DNA of 64,000 bases from Raillietiella orientalis (Eukaryota): the NCBI GenBank assembly GCA_036172245.1, contig JAYWIR010000002.1, positions 372,001-436,000 on the forward strand. Direction: 5' to 3'. Below are positions 24,009-37,127 of this stretch, in pieces. The number at the start of each line of letters is the position of its first letter. Within the stretch, counting starts at the first letter, position 1. The translations under genes and the position numbers were made by a program. The notes under the pieces were generated by a model. The model was not told where the DNA came from and did no database searches. It worked only from the letters and a program-made list of their open reading frames with translations.

Positions 24009-25619
24009 AGAAATGCTGGAAAAAAAAAAAACTTGACATTCTATTTTTATTTGACACTCAAATTTTTTTTAATTACAAAGTTAAATTCTTTATAATTTAA
24101 AAAGTTGCTATTGATTGCCATTTATTTAGAGTTTTATCGAAAGATTATTTCTCAAAAGAATTCCATCTATCTTCATGCACGTGAAGCTATAAAAGGAAAC
24201 ATCATAACAAGATATACACACAGTAATGAAAACAGATTCCGTAGATAATGCAAATAGAAAACCTACTCGAAATTTTTATCAGGAACACTTTTGTGGTTTC
24301 TAAGTCAATAAGATTTGTTCCTGAAAATTTTGCACACTGAAATGAATGGTTGTTCACTTTAAACAGACTACCATAATAGATGCCCTTAATGCAAACTCAA
24401 ATTTAGGTTATAGTCTTTTTCTCAATTTCTTGAAGCATCGGCTTAGGGTGAAGTGGGATTTAAAATTATAGAGCATTATTATGAAACAAGTAAGAACTTT
24501 TAAATGGAATTTCTCATCGGAAAAAACTACGTGTATATTTTGTTCATGGGTTTGTAGTCATTTTCAAAAAACTGTCTAGTACTTTTTGGCATGGAATTCT
24601 TTCAGAAGAACAAGAATTTAGACTTTTTTGTATTCTGAGGATGATAATTTCAGCGAATTCTAAGCACATTACAGTGCATGCAGTCGACATACGAAGTAAT
24701 TGAGAGTGATGCTAATTGAAAACCATGATGATTTCATTTTGTTAAATATTTTAAAATCAACATTAACTTAGTATTAAAACCCTATAATAGCTACCTCTAA
24801 GCCCATAACTTATTATTATTATCTTACATTTACAAAAAAAACAAGCTTATCCCTGCTCCATTACCTATTAATAATTAGAAATATTAATTTGTCAGCACAT
24901 CACCTCCAAATAAAATTCAACCATCCATAGTTTTTGCTGAAGTCTATATAGGAAAAACATGTCGAAGGTCAATTTTTGCTCCGCATAGAGAATACAAGGC
25001 AATATTCTTAATCTTCTCCTACTGTTAACCAGCATTCATTTTTAAATGTATTTTCAAACGTGTAGAAGTTCTTGTTCTGCACTGCAAACAAGGACATTTT
25101 GGATGCAGAAGTTGTACCATTTGAAGGACACTGTCCAGTTCATTTGGTGTTCCTTTTATTGTATCAAAGGAAAACTTCAGATTACTGAAATAATGGGTGC
25201 GTCTAGAGGCAGAAAACTCAGAGAAAACTGAGGTACGAGAGGCAAAGGCTAAAATGAGTATCAAGAGGATGAACACTGTGAACGAATTGTAAGTATTTCA
25301 CCCGAAAATGTCAAGGAATCCTGAGGTTGGAAAACGTGTTGTCTGAAAACATGGTTTTTTCCACAGTGAATCGGATTAATTTTTTTCCAGTCCAGGAAGG
25401 ACAGAGGAGCATAAAATGGCAAAAGAAAGCAAAAGAAAGACACTTCACAACATCCTGAGATGTGTCAGAGCAGAAAATTACCATCCACCTCTGTAAGAGC
25501 ATCAAGACACTCGTCTATGCATGTGATCAGGTTGCTGTGCGCGCGTACTATGTGTCAGTGACTTCCTCTTCAGATGCGGTTTCTTCTCACCGCAACAGCT
25601 CGTTTATTTTCTTTTGGAT

Positions 25620-26770
25620 TTAGGGGTTTCAACATTTCACTGAATGGGCTGCAGCTGCAATCATCTAAGATCAACCCTAGAGTGCCTGTCTCCTCTATCC
25701 GAAGCTGCCTTAAACAAGACGACTTCCTGCTGGAGAAGAGGTTCCATTCTTTTTTCCAAATGACAAACTTTTGAAGATGTCTGAATCCACATATTTGTTT
25801 TGAGGACCAAAATTAGTGCATACAGTTTGGCATCATTGTAAGGAATTGGAGATTTGGATGTGCTACATAATGAGATCAACAGGGCATTACAAGGATCCCA
25901 AATGAGTATTTGTCCTTTCGATATGGCAAGAGCAACTATAAACCGTGGACTCGACGTTAAGCGCATGTTTTCAGTTTGGAGAGTTGATTCACTCGGCAGT
26001 CTATTAGCGAAACGAGTTCTGGAAAAAGAATGGGTGAAGGTAAAGTGGCATCATTATGCAACTCAAGTGAAATCTGGAAGAACATTTAAAGTAGGAGGGC
26101 ATTGCGAACTGGAAGACGTATTTAAATTCATGAGAGTAGTGGCAGATTGCTTGCCTTTGGGGCTCGAGCAGTAAATCGGGAAACACTAGAGCAGTTCAGG
26201 AATAATGAGGAAGGCAGCAGCATCACATGAACCCATGGACTGCAGAATACATCATTCTAAATAATATGGGGAGTTGCCATTCTTGGACTTTTCCTTAGGA
26301 CGATAGGTGGTTTGGGAAGTATCTCTAAATGCCAAGATTTATATAATGAACAGTGCAACAAAGATGCAGCCAACTGCCATGGTGCAAATGGAAAAGATCA
26401 GTCCACATTCTTAAAAGCAAAGTTGTAACAAAAAAAATGGCACACTTGACTAGATGATGTGTTGATGAGCAGGGTAGGAAATTGGGGTTGACCCTCACTG
26501 TCCAAAAAAAGAGATCAGAATGGTCTTCCTGGATGTGGCTTATTTTTTTTAGAGTGCCATTGACGCGTTCCTACATGGCCGAGAAAGAAAGCAGACCAAA
26601 CGCAAACACGTCGCTGTCGCTTTTTCTACGACGGTCCGAGCTGCCCAAATAGTTGACTTTCTGTGGTTCTGGGATTTCCAAAATGAAGAGATCCTGCGGC
26701 TGTGCCTCAACAAAATGAGTGCCTCAATGTCCAACATCCATCGCCCAGCATGGTCGCCACACTTACTGCG
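25620..26770 (+). mobile_element. Highly decayed R2/NeSL-like (REL) retrotransposon 3' part
   Basis: KW...KSGRTF...FMRVVADCLP, VFLDVAYF/..DAFLHGRERKQTK and WFWDFQNEEIL occur in the same order as the motifs at 46.6-47.3 kb. Confidence 0.5.
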
Positions 26771-27849
26771 TTCACAGATTGAGACATCCTCTTGATGAGG
26801 GAACAGCCGATGAGAATTTGGACAGTTTCTTCGAAAGCGGTTGCATGACCTTATTCTCAGAACAGGAAGATGAACAGAATACTGGGATGCAATATGATGA
26901 AGCTTAGTTATTTTATGCAACCCTTCCCTTCGCTTAGTAAAAAGAACTGATCTGTATCCAACCCCGCTATTACAGAGCAGCTGCCCTTGTTGTTCTGAGA
27001 ACAGTAGTCCTAGGGGGATTTGTGTTTTCCACGAAAGTTTCGATCCGTCTCTGCGCGTGACACTTGCAGTTTCCTTCGCCTCCAAACCAGGGGCCGACTT
27101 GTAGTCCCTGATTTTTCCCCACTGCTTAACGGGAATGCTGCCAGTAGTGGTTTCTCTGTATGATCAGTCATCTCAGAAAGTTTCCACAACGCATTTTGAA
27201 ATGAACGACCTCGCTGAGTGTGAAGAGGGGAAGTCGGTAATCAACTCGGACTCTCGCAAATCACTTTCCAGACCTCGGTCCACGAGAAGGTCGTCGCTTC
27301 GCTAAGCTCTGCTGATCGTTGTTGCAGATAACAGGCGGGCTCCTGGTCATCTTTGCGGCCGGTTCGTGCTCGAACCTGCACGCATTCAAACAAAGGCCTC
27401 CGTCTGTCTTCCGCACATCCGGTCGGGGTCATCGAGCGAACGCTTTCCATTTTGCAGCTGCTAAACACACTAAGACATCTTGAGAGGCACTTGTCGGTCT
27501 TCAGGAATGGGGGGATTGATGGTGAAGATCTGCCGAGCCTGAACCCGAGCCAAATTCTTCAGTGCCTGTTCTGCTGATTTGCTTTTCGCAATCAGCATCA
27601 TCGTCTGCAACCATATCCGAAGGAGGATGCACTTTTGATCTACAGATGCCGCTGCTTCCAGCAAGGAGGGCGTTCCTTTTCAATCTTCATATCGGCTCTT
27701 TCCGATTGATTTTACCAAACATCTGAATAGGCTTGACTTTTCACCCGGACACTCCGGGGAGTTCACTGCAAAAATAATTCACGAGGAGAGAAAAACATCT
27801 TTTTTGTATAGAAAGATGTCTTTCTTTGTAGTGGTTTCATAGCATGACT

Positions 27850-30800
27850 ACGAGGAGAAATGACTCGGAAGCGCTGCTTCTCGTGGGCAGCTTACTTGAT
27901 AAAGTCCGCGTGGGAACAGCGGGAGGATGGGTTAAAAAAAAAATAAAAATAAAAATCCTGTCTAAAATGTGCTGGGAAGGGAAAGGAAGGGATCACGGAT
28001 TTCTTCCTGGTGTCCTCAGCATCCTCTAGAGGATGCTTGCAACTTCCTCTTTTTGTTGGCCATCTTGTCGCCTTTCTCATGAACGAGACGACAGTTGCGA
28101 GGCTTTCATCATTCGACTGCTCCTTTCGGTGCGGCTTCTCGTCCCCACGATCCCACGAAGGCAGCTCGGGGTTGCAATGGAAGCTTCGGGAGACATCGAG
28201 TCGCGCGCGGAGAGTGACCACAAGACCTCTCTGCCGTTGATCATCGGGAGTGGGAGAACCTCAAAGAAGAGTTCCCGGACACTCAGGAGAACAGCACAAT
28301 CCAACAACAGGTACGGGGAGGTTTCCCGTTCTCCACACCTTCCTGGAACAGTCTGGGACCGCACTACCCCTCGCCCACTGGTGGACTCGTGCGTTGCATG
28401 GGATTGTCTAGTGCAACAGCTGCAATGCCGAGTCCTGCCACTTCAGAGAAAGCGTAGAGCTATCCACAAACACTGGGGGAATTTCGATGTACTGTAGGGA
28501 AATCGCAAAAAGCTCCATCCAGAGAAGAATTCCTTTTGGGATGGTGGCGGGGGTGCATGCGTCAGCCAGTTGACGTGTCCATCCCACCTTTTTTTCTGCG
28601 ATTCTGCGATGTCCTGCAAAACCGCAGGAAATACATCTCTGTTTCTGCACTGACATATGGTGTCCAGCGTAGCTGCAAGTGGGGTGTTCCAGGTGGTCTT
28701 CCTTGGACATTCCATGATTTCCTGCAGAGAGCAGAGAGCCTAGTTCGAGAATCGCATGCATTGCGATAGCTCCGGGCTTGTGCCGTTTCTTTCCGCCCAC
28801 GTCTGACTCGTTCCCTGTTGTTTCCAGGCACCACAGTTGGCAGGGAGGCAGGAAATCCATCCTGGGTCAAGGCGACCATTTTCTGGAGTCGGAACACGCA
28901 TCGGAGCAACTCTCTCGGTGTCTATGCATGGAGAATGTATCGAGTCCCTCAGCGCAGGCTGCTCGCTTGGCCAGGAGTCTGGCTGGGATGCACCAGTGGG
29001 TGATCCAATGCTCGACTGCTAAGGCCAATCTGCCGAGTCGGGGCTGTCGCTCCGTTCTCTCCAGCGTCATGAGGCCGAATCCATCGCCCTGGAGCGAAGA
29101 GGCTCAGTGGGCAGTTTTTTCGTAGTATGGTGCGGTTCTCGAACCGGAGATGGCGTCCGGAGGAAGAAGGCTACATTGCCCGCGTCGGAGGCTTTGTGGT
29201 CACGCACGTGGCACCACCAAGCGTCGCGGGTTCAAATACTCCGAAAGGAATCTACACAGTGCGTCCTGGGTTCAAGTTCCTCCTCCCACAAGATGACGGC
29301 TACATTCCTTCGTTGGCCTACATTCATTCGGGTGCGGCACTGGTAGCGGTTCAAACCTGATGCCCCGATGAGGGCCGGATCAATGAGAGTCGACCTTCGA
29401 GTCCTTCCAGGAATCAAGGAGTGGGAAGTTCCCCCTCCGGTTGTGCAGAAGAGAGCGAGCTCCCCCAGTATAAGGACCCCTTCGGTCCGTTCAAATGGAG
29501 TAGGTGTGTCGACACCTCTCCAGAGAGTGCAGAGAAGCGAGATCCCTTTAGGGAGGGACCCTTTAGAGAAATTGGGAAGCGTCCCTTCGGGCTCTGTTCA
29601 GGAGAGCAAACAGGAGCGGTTCCCTTGCAGGTTCCCTCCAGAGGAGAAATTCCTGGTAGTGGATCCTTTCCGGGTTCCCTTCGGAGAAGAAAAAATGAAG
29701 CGGACCCCTCCGGGGTCTCTCCGGAGAGAATAAGGGAGGATATTCTCTTCGGGGTTCCCCTTCTGAGACAACCAAGGTGGAGGCGATCTCCACTCCGGGA
29801 TCCCTCCCTCCCCAGGTGTGAGTTTGAACTATACCCACAAGCGGAAGCGCGCTAAGCGAAATCGCGTGTGTGTTTACATCCCGTTTCCTCCTTTTCTCGA
29901 ATCGCTGGAGTCCGAGAACGCAGGATGAGCAGCATGGGAGTGGATCCCGCAGGCAGCAGGCGAGAACCTTGGTGGGCGCCGTCACTCGTTCCCGGGAGGA
30001 GGGACTGCGAGCGAGTGTGCCCTCCGAAGAACCAGTCGCTCTTCCTTTGTGTTGGAACACACTTCTATGTTCCTTGTGTTGGAAACAGGATGTGCTGCTC
30101 TTTCTGCGTTGGGGTTTCCAGTGCAACAAACGCCCAGAGACCTGGCCTACCGGGTAGTTGCGTTCCTCGGGGGGGATGGAATCATTCCCGCACCTACTGC
30201 TGTGCTGCAGTGCCCTTTCGGCACTGTAGAGGAGGCTAGCTCCAGATCTGCTACACCCAGAGGGTGCCGGGAAGTAATTGCTGCGACGATTCTTCCATTC
30301 GTACCCCACTTCCCAGATCAAACCATTCACCGCCCTGCTCATGTAGACGATGGTGACTGCAAACGGCTTTCCGAGATGTCGACCGCGCCCTTCTTCCTCC
30401 ATACTGGAAGTCGCCGTTGCACGTGGCAGGGGATCGCCAACGACGAGGCGACCAGCAATCCTGGAGACGTCAGCATCTCTCCAAAGAGGAGGCTACCTCG
30501 TAAAACTGAAGCGTTTGAGCGACGCGCTCCCATTTCTGAGGCAGCCTCCCTCATTCCAGCGGTACGGGCGGGAGTGTCTTTACTGTCCCACTGTGGGAGC
30601 ACCCATTATGCACTTTCTCCGCTAAGGAGCGGAGAGTGTCCAGTGTGCCAGAAAGATGGCCGTCTGCTGACGCCGAAGAGAGAGGAAGGAGGCGTCGACC
30701 AGGAAGCACCAGGTCTTAAAGTCCCTTCAGTGAATCCGGTAAATCTCCAGGGATTTTATTCACCTTTGGAGTTCCTGACCTGGAAATCTGAGGTGACCTC

Positions 30801-32830
30801 GTTCGCGAGGCGAGAGGTCCACTGGTAAGTAGGCTTGGTGACCCTGGAGATACGGCAGTTCACCTCTCACGCTGCAGGAGTATCTTCTTCCTCCTCAATG
30901 GTCACACGATGAACTCTAGGGAGTAGATTAGCATCGTTCAGTATCCCTGCAACGGGAGTCTCTCCAGACGACTGATGGTGTTGCTGTTCAGGAGGGTTGA
31001 ACTTTTCACCCGCATCCACCAGGGAACTCTGCCGCCAAGCATTCCTGTTTAGTGAGAGACAGGGTGGCCATTCGCGTTCCTCCATTCAGCGACGCAAAGT
31101 GGATGACCCAGAAGTTGCCCCGGCCAGCTCATGCGTAAAGGATTGACTGCTCATCCTTCGCAGCTCCCTGCATTCTTCGGGAGAATGCTCGAAAGGAGAC
31201 ACCGGTGAGCGCTACGCAGCCTCGCGGCCAAGGCCGACTTGCAGAGTGATGCTCCCATCCGTATCCGTTCGGCGGAGAATATGTTCGGGTCTGCATCTTG
31301 GTGAGGAGGATTCGCGTGTTGCAGCATCCCCTTAGAACTGGTCGGGCCTCAGATTCTTGCTTCATCAGATATGCTGGAGACTTGACAGCACACCCAACGC
31401 TCTCCGAGATAACACAAAAAAAAGGACCGGAAGGGGAGCGAGGCAAAAATGCTCCACGCTGCTAACCTTTCGGGATGGCTGTCACTGAAGGGGGCCAGGG
31501 CACGTTATTCCTTCTCCAAAAACAAGGAAGGGATAGACCTCCCTCAGGGTGAGCGAATCCATGAGTATCCATAGGTAATTTAGGGATCCTCCCACAGTAA
31601 TTCCCAAGGAAGACCAGTTCGAGTCAATCGCTGCGCCAAAAGCCACGATTTTCGACTTCTATCCGTTCACCTGCATGCCGGCATCCCTGCGGATGCCGGC
31701 GTGTACCGAAGAACGCCTCGAAGGACCCCGTCGAGGAGGAGGGGTAGTCGACGGGTCCCACGGGCGGGAGAAGCACCCGATGGCTCTCTGCTGAGTCGCA
31801 GAAGCAGGCGGACCGCGAAGGGGGAGACCCATTCATACCCCACCCACCCAACCCTGGCGTCCATCGTTCATTCGCTACCCCTCTCTCACCCTCCTCCTCA
31901 CTTCGTCGCGGGAAAGTCAAACAGCAATCCTATGGGAGTCCTTACAGGAGTGCTGGCTGACAAAGTCCTTCGTTACGCCTGCGCAAGAGTTGGCTGAGAC
32001 ACCTGGGCGACGATGGCGCACGTTTCCTGGAGTCTGAGCCGAAAACGGGAGGAGCCAGGAGCGTAATCGGAGCTGGACCGGAGACGCGCCGTAGCGTGCC
32101 ACCGGTTCAGGGAACAGTCTGAAGAGTGTCGTGCTCGGGTGGTCTCCCTGTCTGACTTGGATGCCTTCAAAGAGTAGGCCGCTGAAAGAGATCGAAATCT
32201 TTGCTTTGAGCCACAGCTTGCGAGGTGACTGAGGAGGCTGGCTGGAAGATCAAACCACTCCAGCAGCTGAAGAAGGAGTTCCTGACCGGCAGCGTAGTCA
32301 AAAGCCCTTTGAGGGTCGACCGCGACCGCCAGTGGTGCTTTGCCAGGTGGAACCCCGTATGGACCTCATGCATAGCTCGCGCTCATTTTCGATGCGGCCG
32401 GGTGCCTTCTTCTTTCTGCAGTTTGAATCAGGAGTGGACGCAGAGCAGGTCGGCCTTCGAGGTTCGGACTGAGCAAGCTTAGGTCTACTCTGAGTTGCCT
32501 ATGGATCTCGCTACCTCCCCATTCGCAAGCTCCACATCCCAGAGAACAACTTGACCTCCGTGCTCTCTCGTGAGAAGGAGCTCCAGTTGCTCAGGCAGCG
32601 CGGTTGCCTCTTCCTGGGTAGGAGACGGACCCCGGCTGACCCGAATGATGCAGGAACTTGGCCTTCCTTCCAGATCAGGAACGCTAATTGGTGCACCATG
32701 GGGTCAGTTTTGCTCTTCATAGCGGCAACGCTCTTGCTGGTCATGAAGGGGTCATTAAGCCGGCTAAAAGCCTCTCCCGACAGCCTGCTCGTGGTCGCCT
32801 CGAGCAGCTTCGTAGCGCGGTCGTGAAAAA
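27850..32830 (-). mobile_element. Degenerate near-full-length L1/Tx1-like LINE (ORF1, APE, RT and C-terminal zinc-finger remnants)
   Basis: Decayed motifs in the expected order on minus: ORF1-like QVPASF..RQPRCL (~32.6 kb); APE-like LRYTP, ITVGGSLN, TRILL, WEHH, LSLNRN (31.0-31.7 kb); RT-like NKIPG, VDIS/KAV, SGCSRSGASLLYS (30.2-30.8 kb); CGERETSPYLLLDC (~28.3 kb); T-rich 3' UTR (~27.94 kb). Confidence 0.6.
29177..29820 (-). repeat. Repeat family A copy 3, inside the L1/Tx1-like LINE
   Basis: tRNA-like head on + (GCCCGCGTCGG...GGGTTCAAAT), then GTCGACC...TCCTTCCAGGAATCAAG and the TTCCCTTCGGAGAAGAA body shared with the other copies. Confidence 0.75.
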
Positions 32831-32857
32831 GGTTTATAAATTGGTCACGCCAGGACG

Positions 32858-34400
32858 TTTATTATATAGAATAAACATATATGTGTAGGGCCATCGGCTC
32901 TACAGTGTACGAAAATGCTCGAAACCCGCCGAGCAACCGGCACGCAGGCCGGCGAGGTTCTCCTCGGCAGCAGAGGGGCAAACAAAAATAAATAAAATCA
33001 ATAATAAGAAAAACTCTGGGGGGCATGGGAAGGGATCACTGTCCACAGGAGTTCGTTATCTGTATCCTTCCCAGGATGCCGTTAAGTTCCATCTGAGTAT
33101 GCCCTAGGCTGGGCCATCTTGCTGATGTCCTCAGGAAGCGCAGGGCGAAACAGATGGTGTCCATATCGCGTCATCCTCCTTTCGCGTAGCTTCAGGCTGC
33201 TTTAATCCTACGTAGACAGCAAAGATCTGCTAGGGTCTCCTCAGGCAAAAGGACATCGTGCGTGAAGAGGTGTTTCATCACGTCCCTGGGATTTCCCTCG
33301 ATGCACCAAGGGCCGTTGCGTAACGCAACCATAGGGGCCGGAGGGCAATACAGTCTACAAGCAGGTGCAGGAAGGATTCCCGCTAACCACACCTGCAACT
33401 TTGGGGTCCACAGCACCCTGAGTCCAGTGAGTCCGGCGGGCGTTGCACGGGGATTCCATTGCAGCAGCAGAAGTGCCGACTCCTGCCAGTTCAGGAGGAG
33501 GGTCCGATTGTTCTTCAATGCTGGGAACCACTCGAGGTCTTCCTGTAGAATTCCCAGCAGCTCGCCTCAGCACAATAGTCCTTTGAGTGGGGCACTTGGG
33601 ATTGCAGCGTCCGTGAGCTGGACCGTGGACCAGCCACCTAATTCCTTAGCTCTTCCACCGATCTCACATCGGACCTCCCACTTGGTCGGCTGATTACTGC
33701 CCAGTGCTCCCTAAGGGAGGGCAGTGCTGCAACTAGGGAGGTTCTTCGCGCCCATGCATACGTGGTGGGCTGCACGATGACGTCCTGCAGCGAGTAGTTG
33801 TTGCACAGGGAGTGAAGCAGTCGCTGCCGCATCTCCAGGCTTGTCTCGTTGTTCTTGCCCCAGTGCGAGCGGTTGCCCGCAGCCAAGCACTACCGTTCGC
33901 GGGCTGGCAGGAGATCCAGTTGTTGGTCCTGGTCAGCTTGACCACCCATAGGAGCTCCAGTCCGCAGCAGGACACGTTGCGTCTGCGTCGCCGCGCCAGG
34001 AACGAAGATAGTCCCGCGTAGCCGGTAGCTCGCTTGACCAGGTATCGTGCGGGCTCGCACCAGTTGGTGATTCAAAGCTTCGCCACGAGGGAAAGTGTCC
34101 TTTACTGGAGCTGCTGCTCCAGGTGCTTCAGTGTCAGGAGACCGAGGCCTCCATCGCTGCGCGGAGCGCACAAGTCCTTCAGGTGGACTAGGAACCTCGT
34201 GAAAAAGGAGTGTCCCCATCCAAGTCCGCGATCCCTAAGCTACTCGGGTGAGCAGTGGAAGAGCCTCGTGAGCTCCCATGTAACCGCCTTGTCGACCCGC
34301 TCCAAGGCCCCATGGGGTGAAGCAGCGGTTCTTGAGTACTCAGCAAACCTAACACAAAAAAAACTGGAAGGACGTGGCCGAAGCCTCAGAAGTTCCTGGA
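32858..34400 (-). mobile_element. 5'-truncated L1/Tx1-like LINE
   Basis: WQESALLLL..PCNARRTHW..IEGNPRDVMKHLF is homologous to the 37535-37924 ORF; the 3' UTR is colinear with 37268-37560. Left (3') boundary is clear, right boundary approximate. Confidence 0.7.
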
Positions 34401-34449
34401 TTCCATCTTCTACCACTTCAAGTCAGGAATCCGTGCGGGGTCTTCTCAC

Positions 34450-37100
34450 GGTCACTCATGAGATGGATCTTGTGCGCGTTCTGCAGAAGATATGAGTAGG
34501 TAAAAAGCATCTTCGAATTGCTCCCATCGTGACAGATATCCCAGAGAAGGATTCTGTTTCATCGTAACCAACACTTTTCTTTCTCTTTGTTGAGCGGCAG
34601 ATGGCAAGGCAGTCAGAACACGTGACGACCGATCCGCATCATGAAGGATACAGACGCCATGTCCACTCCCTTGGATCGCTGAGGGCCCAAGGGGAGTTTT
34701 TCCTCTTCGCTATAGGAGAGAGCCTTCAGTTCCCTGGATCCCATGGCATCTCCATCTCTTGTACTTCCCTCTGGATCCGCCCTTTTTTCCCCTGACTGGT
34801 TGGCATGCCGATCCATGGCTCCTCTCAACTCGAATCCACACTACAGCATCATCTGAGGGTCGCGGAAATCCTTTCCATATGGAGGAAGGATCACCTGTCT
34901 TCCTTCCCGCTTCGGTGGAATTTACGATTTCGGAGAAGGGCAGCTGGATGCTCCAACTCGGGGGCAGATTCCCTACGCCCTACGGCTCCTCCCGAAAGAC
35001 TATTTCCATCTTGGATACTTTATCCGGGAAATCGGGTGAAGTTTCTAAGCTGATGGAATTTGGCAAGAAATCGCTGCCTTCGTCCGCCATCACTGATGGT
35101 TTTTTTTTCTTGTCCCTTCGATTTAGGCCACGCGTGTGACGTCAGCGCTTTGGGAGCTTTCGTTTTCGAGCAGCGCTCTTCACGGCTTCTGAAAGCGTTG
35201 TGCCCGCCGCCTCGGACCAGCCTCGTCGGATACGTCAAGTTGCCGAGAGAAAATGGGGATAAGACCACGCCCCAGAAAAAGCTCTTCTTCCTCCGCTCCC
35301 GGGCTCTAACAGGAATTCAGGGGTCGCGACCACGACTTCCCTTTCCCCTATTTCCTTGCGCTTCCATGAGCTTCCAGCCCTCCCACAGAAACCCTCGTCG
35401 TCCAAGAGCCAGACTTTGATTACCAAGGACGCCAACTCTTCAGCTCGAAACAGGTGGTCTCGATTCCTGGGGATAGCACCGTTCCCGCCGACTCCTGAAC
35501 CTGTCCGAGGATGCACTTGTGAAAATCGTCAACGGGGATTCCATCTATTCGCGGTAAACGACAAGGCGAGTCCCTCTCCTCTTTTGCTATCCTAGGAAGG
35601 ATAGCAGAGACAAGGAAAGTCACAGTCGCAGCGGGTGGACACTTTTGCATTCTCGAAATGAAAGTTCTACGTCTCAACTGTTCAAACGAATTTCTATGCG
35701 GGGATACGAAAGAATCATCTTCAACTCTTTGGGTGTGGAGCTCCTCTGATTCAAGCGTTCCGTGCCGGCGGCACGCGAGTCGCAGTTGGACGGAACGCTT
35801 TTTCGCGTGCTCTATCGAGGTACCGACTGACGCTACATAAAGTTCTGATTGAAGTTACCATTACAATTGTTTATTTACACCGCATTAAATAGAATATTTA
35901 AATGAATGAATCCTTTCCCCAGCGTACATCATTTATTTACAAATTGTGATTCCAACAGAATCAATAATTCTTCTGGGTGTGGTACAATATAATGAATCAT
36001 ATACGACACGACCACAGTATTGTGCTATTCTCGGCTTTTCAGAGGTCGCTCCCCGAAAAACCGAGAATAGGTAGCCGATGTACACAGAATTCTGTTTACT
36101 GTCGCTGCTAAGGGAATTATAAGAACGTAAGTGTGTGCATCCATCTCAAGCATTGATAGTGTCAACTTATGTCGCGTGTATAAGGTAAAAAAAAAAACAC
36201 TTGCCAAACGCATATGTGAGTCCATAGTCCACGCCGATAATTTTCGACGAATCCATAGATGCGTCCATAGCACTCAAAGGATTAAATCTTAATGAGTCAC
36301 GATGAGGCTGCGGGTTGGGCTTCAGGGAAGAACCATTCTGTGGTGAATCACGAAGCAAAGAGACAAGACGTTTAGACAAGGCATCGTATTCCGCCCATCT
36401 TTGCCTTTAATTTGGGGGGAGGGGGAGGAAGAAGGTTTGAATATCTGCAGAGCATTTTTAAGAGGAAGCAGCCTATTCTTGAGTTTGCGGGAATAGGAAG
36501 CAAGCAGCTAGTTCTATATGAGAATGAAAATACGTGTGGAGGGCGATACAGGTTGGGAATGTGAAGTCTGCTCTCTGCAATCAAACGCGGACGGCCGGAT
36601 AAAGATGGTCCAGACTCTGAGATGTTCCCATGCTGCATGGAGAAGCTAAGATCAGCCGGTAAGTTGAAAATGCATTTCATCTTGGAAAAAATCTCCACGA
36701 AGAGCTGAAATTCTGAAATTCGTTGTGGAAATGGTCCACGTTCCCTGTCCCTCTTCTACCCGGTCTTCACTTTCTTTTCCTGTGGCTATCCATCTTCCGG
36801 AGGCAACCGCTTGTTTATTCCCTGCTGGCGAAAAGACCACGGAGACATGGAGTGGAACCATGCCTCTGTCTCCTAGGTAACCTCGCCATCAGCTCCAAAG
36901 TTTCGTCCACGCACTGCTTTCATCATCGGACCAGTTCGTGCGTTCAGGCTATGTGAAGGAAGGGGCGACACATGCCAGAGCAGTTTTGGGACCGCTTCTC
37001 TTATCCACGAACCGATGCGCTGTCTTGCACTGTCGTTCATGCCAAGCTCTTTTCGCGCGCACATGGAGCATTGACGTGCTATGGAACAGATTCTTCCTTT
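34450..37100 (-). mobile_element. Decayed gag/protease-like remnant, interrupted by MITE copy 2
   Basis: GVDMASVSFMM near 34650 resembles a retropepsin D-(S/T)-G-A-x-x-S site. It lies downstream of LTR-like copy 4 on the same strand. Confidence 0.3.
35725..36281. mobile_element. piggyBac-type MITE copy 2 (557 bp)
   Basis: Termini CTCTTTGGGTG...GCACTCAAAGGA followed by TTAA. Lacks ~33 nt of the subterminal repeat present in copy 1. Confidence 0.8.
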
Positions 37101-37127
37101 TCAGTGCGTGGACTCGAAGAATTGCTT

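Noticed and set aside
26900..27800. Broken minus-strand ORFs, perhaps RT-derived
   Set aside because: No motif clear enough to assign.
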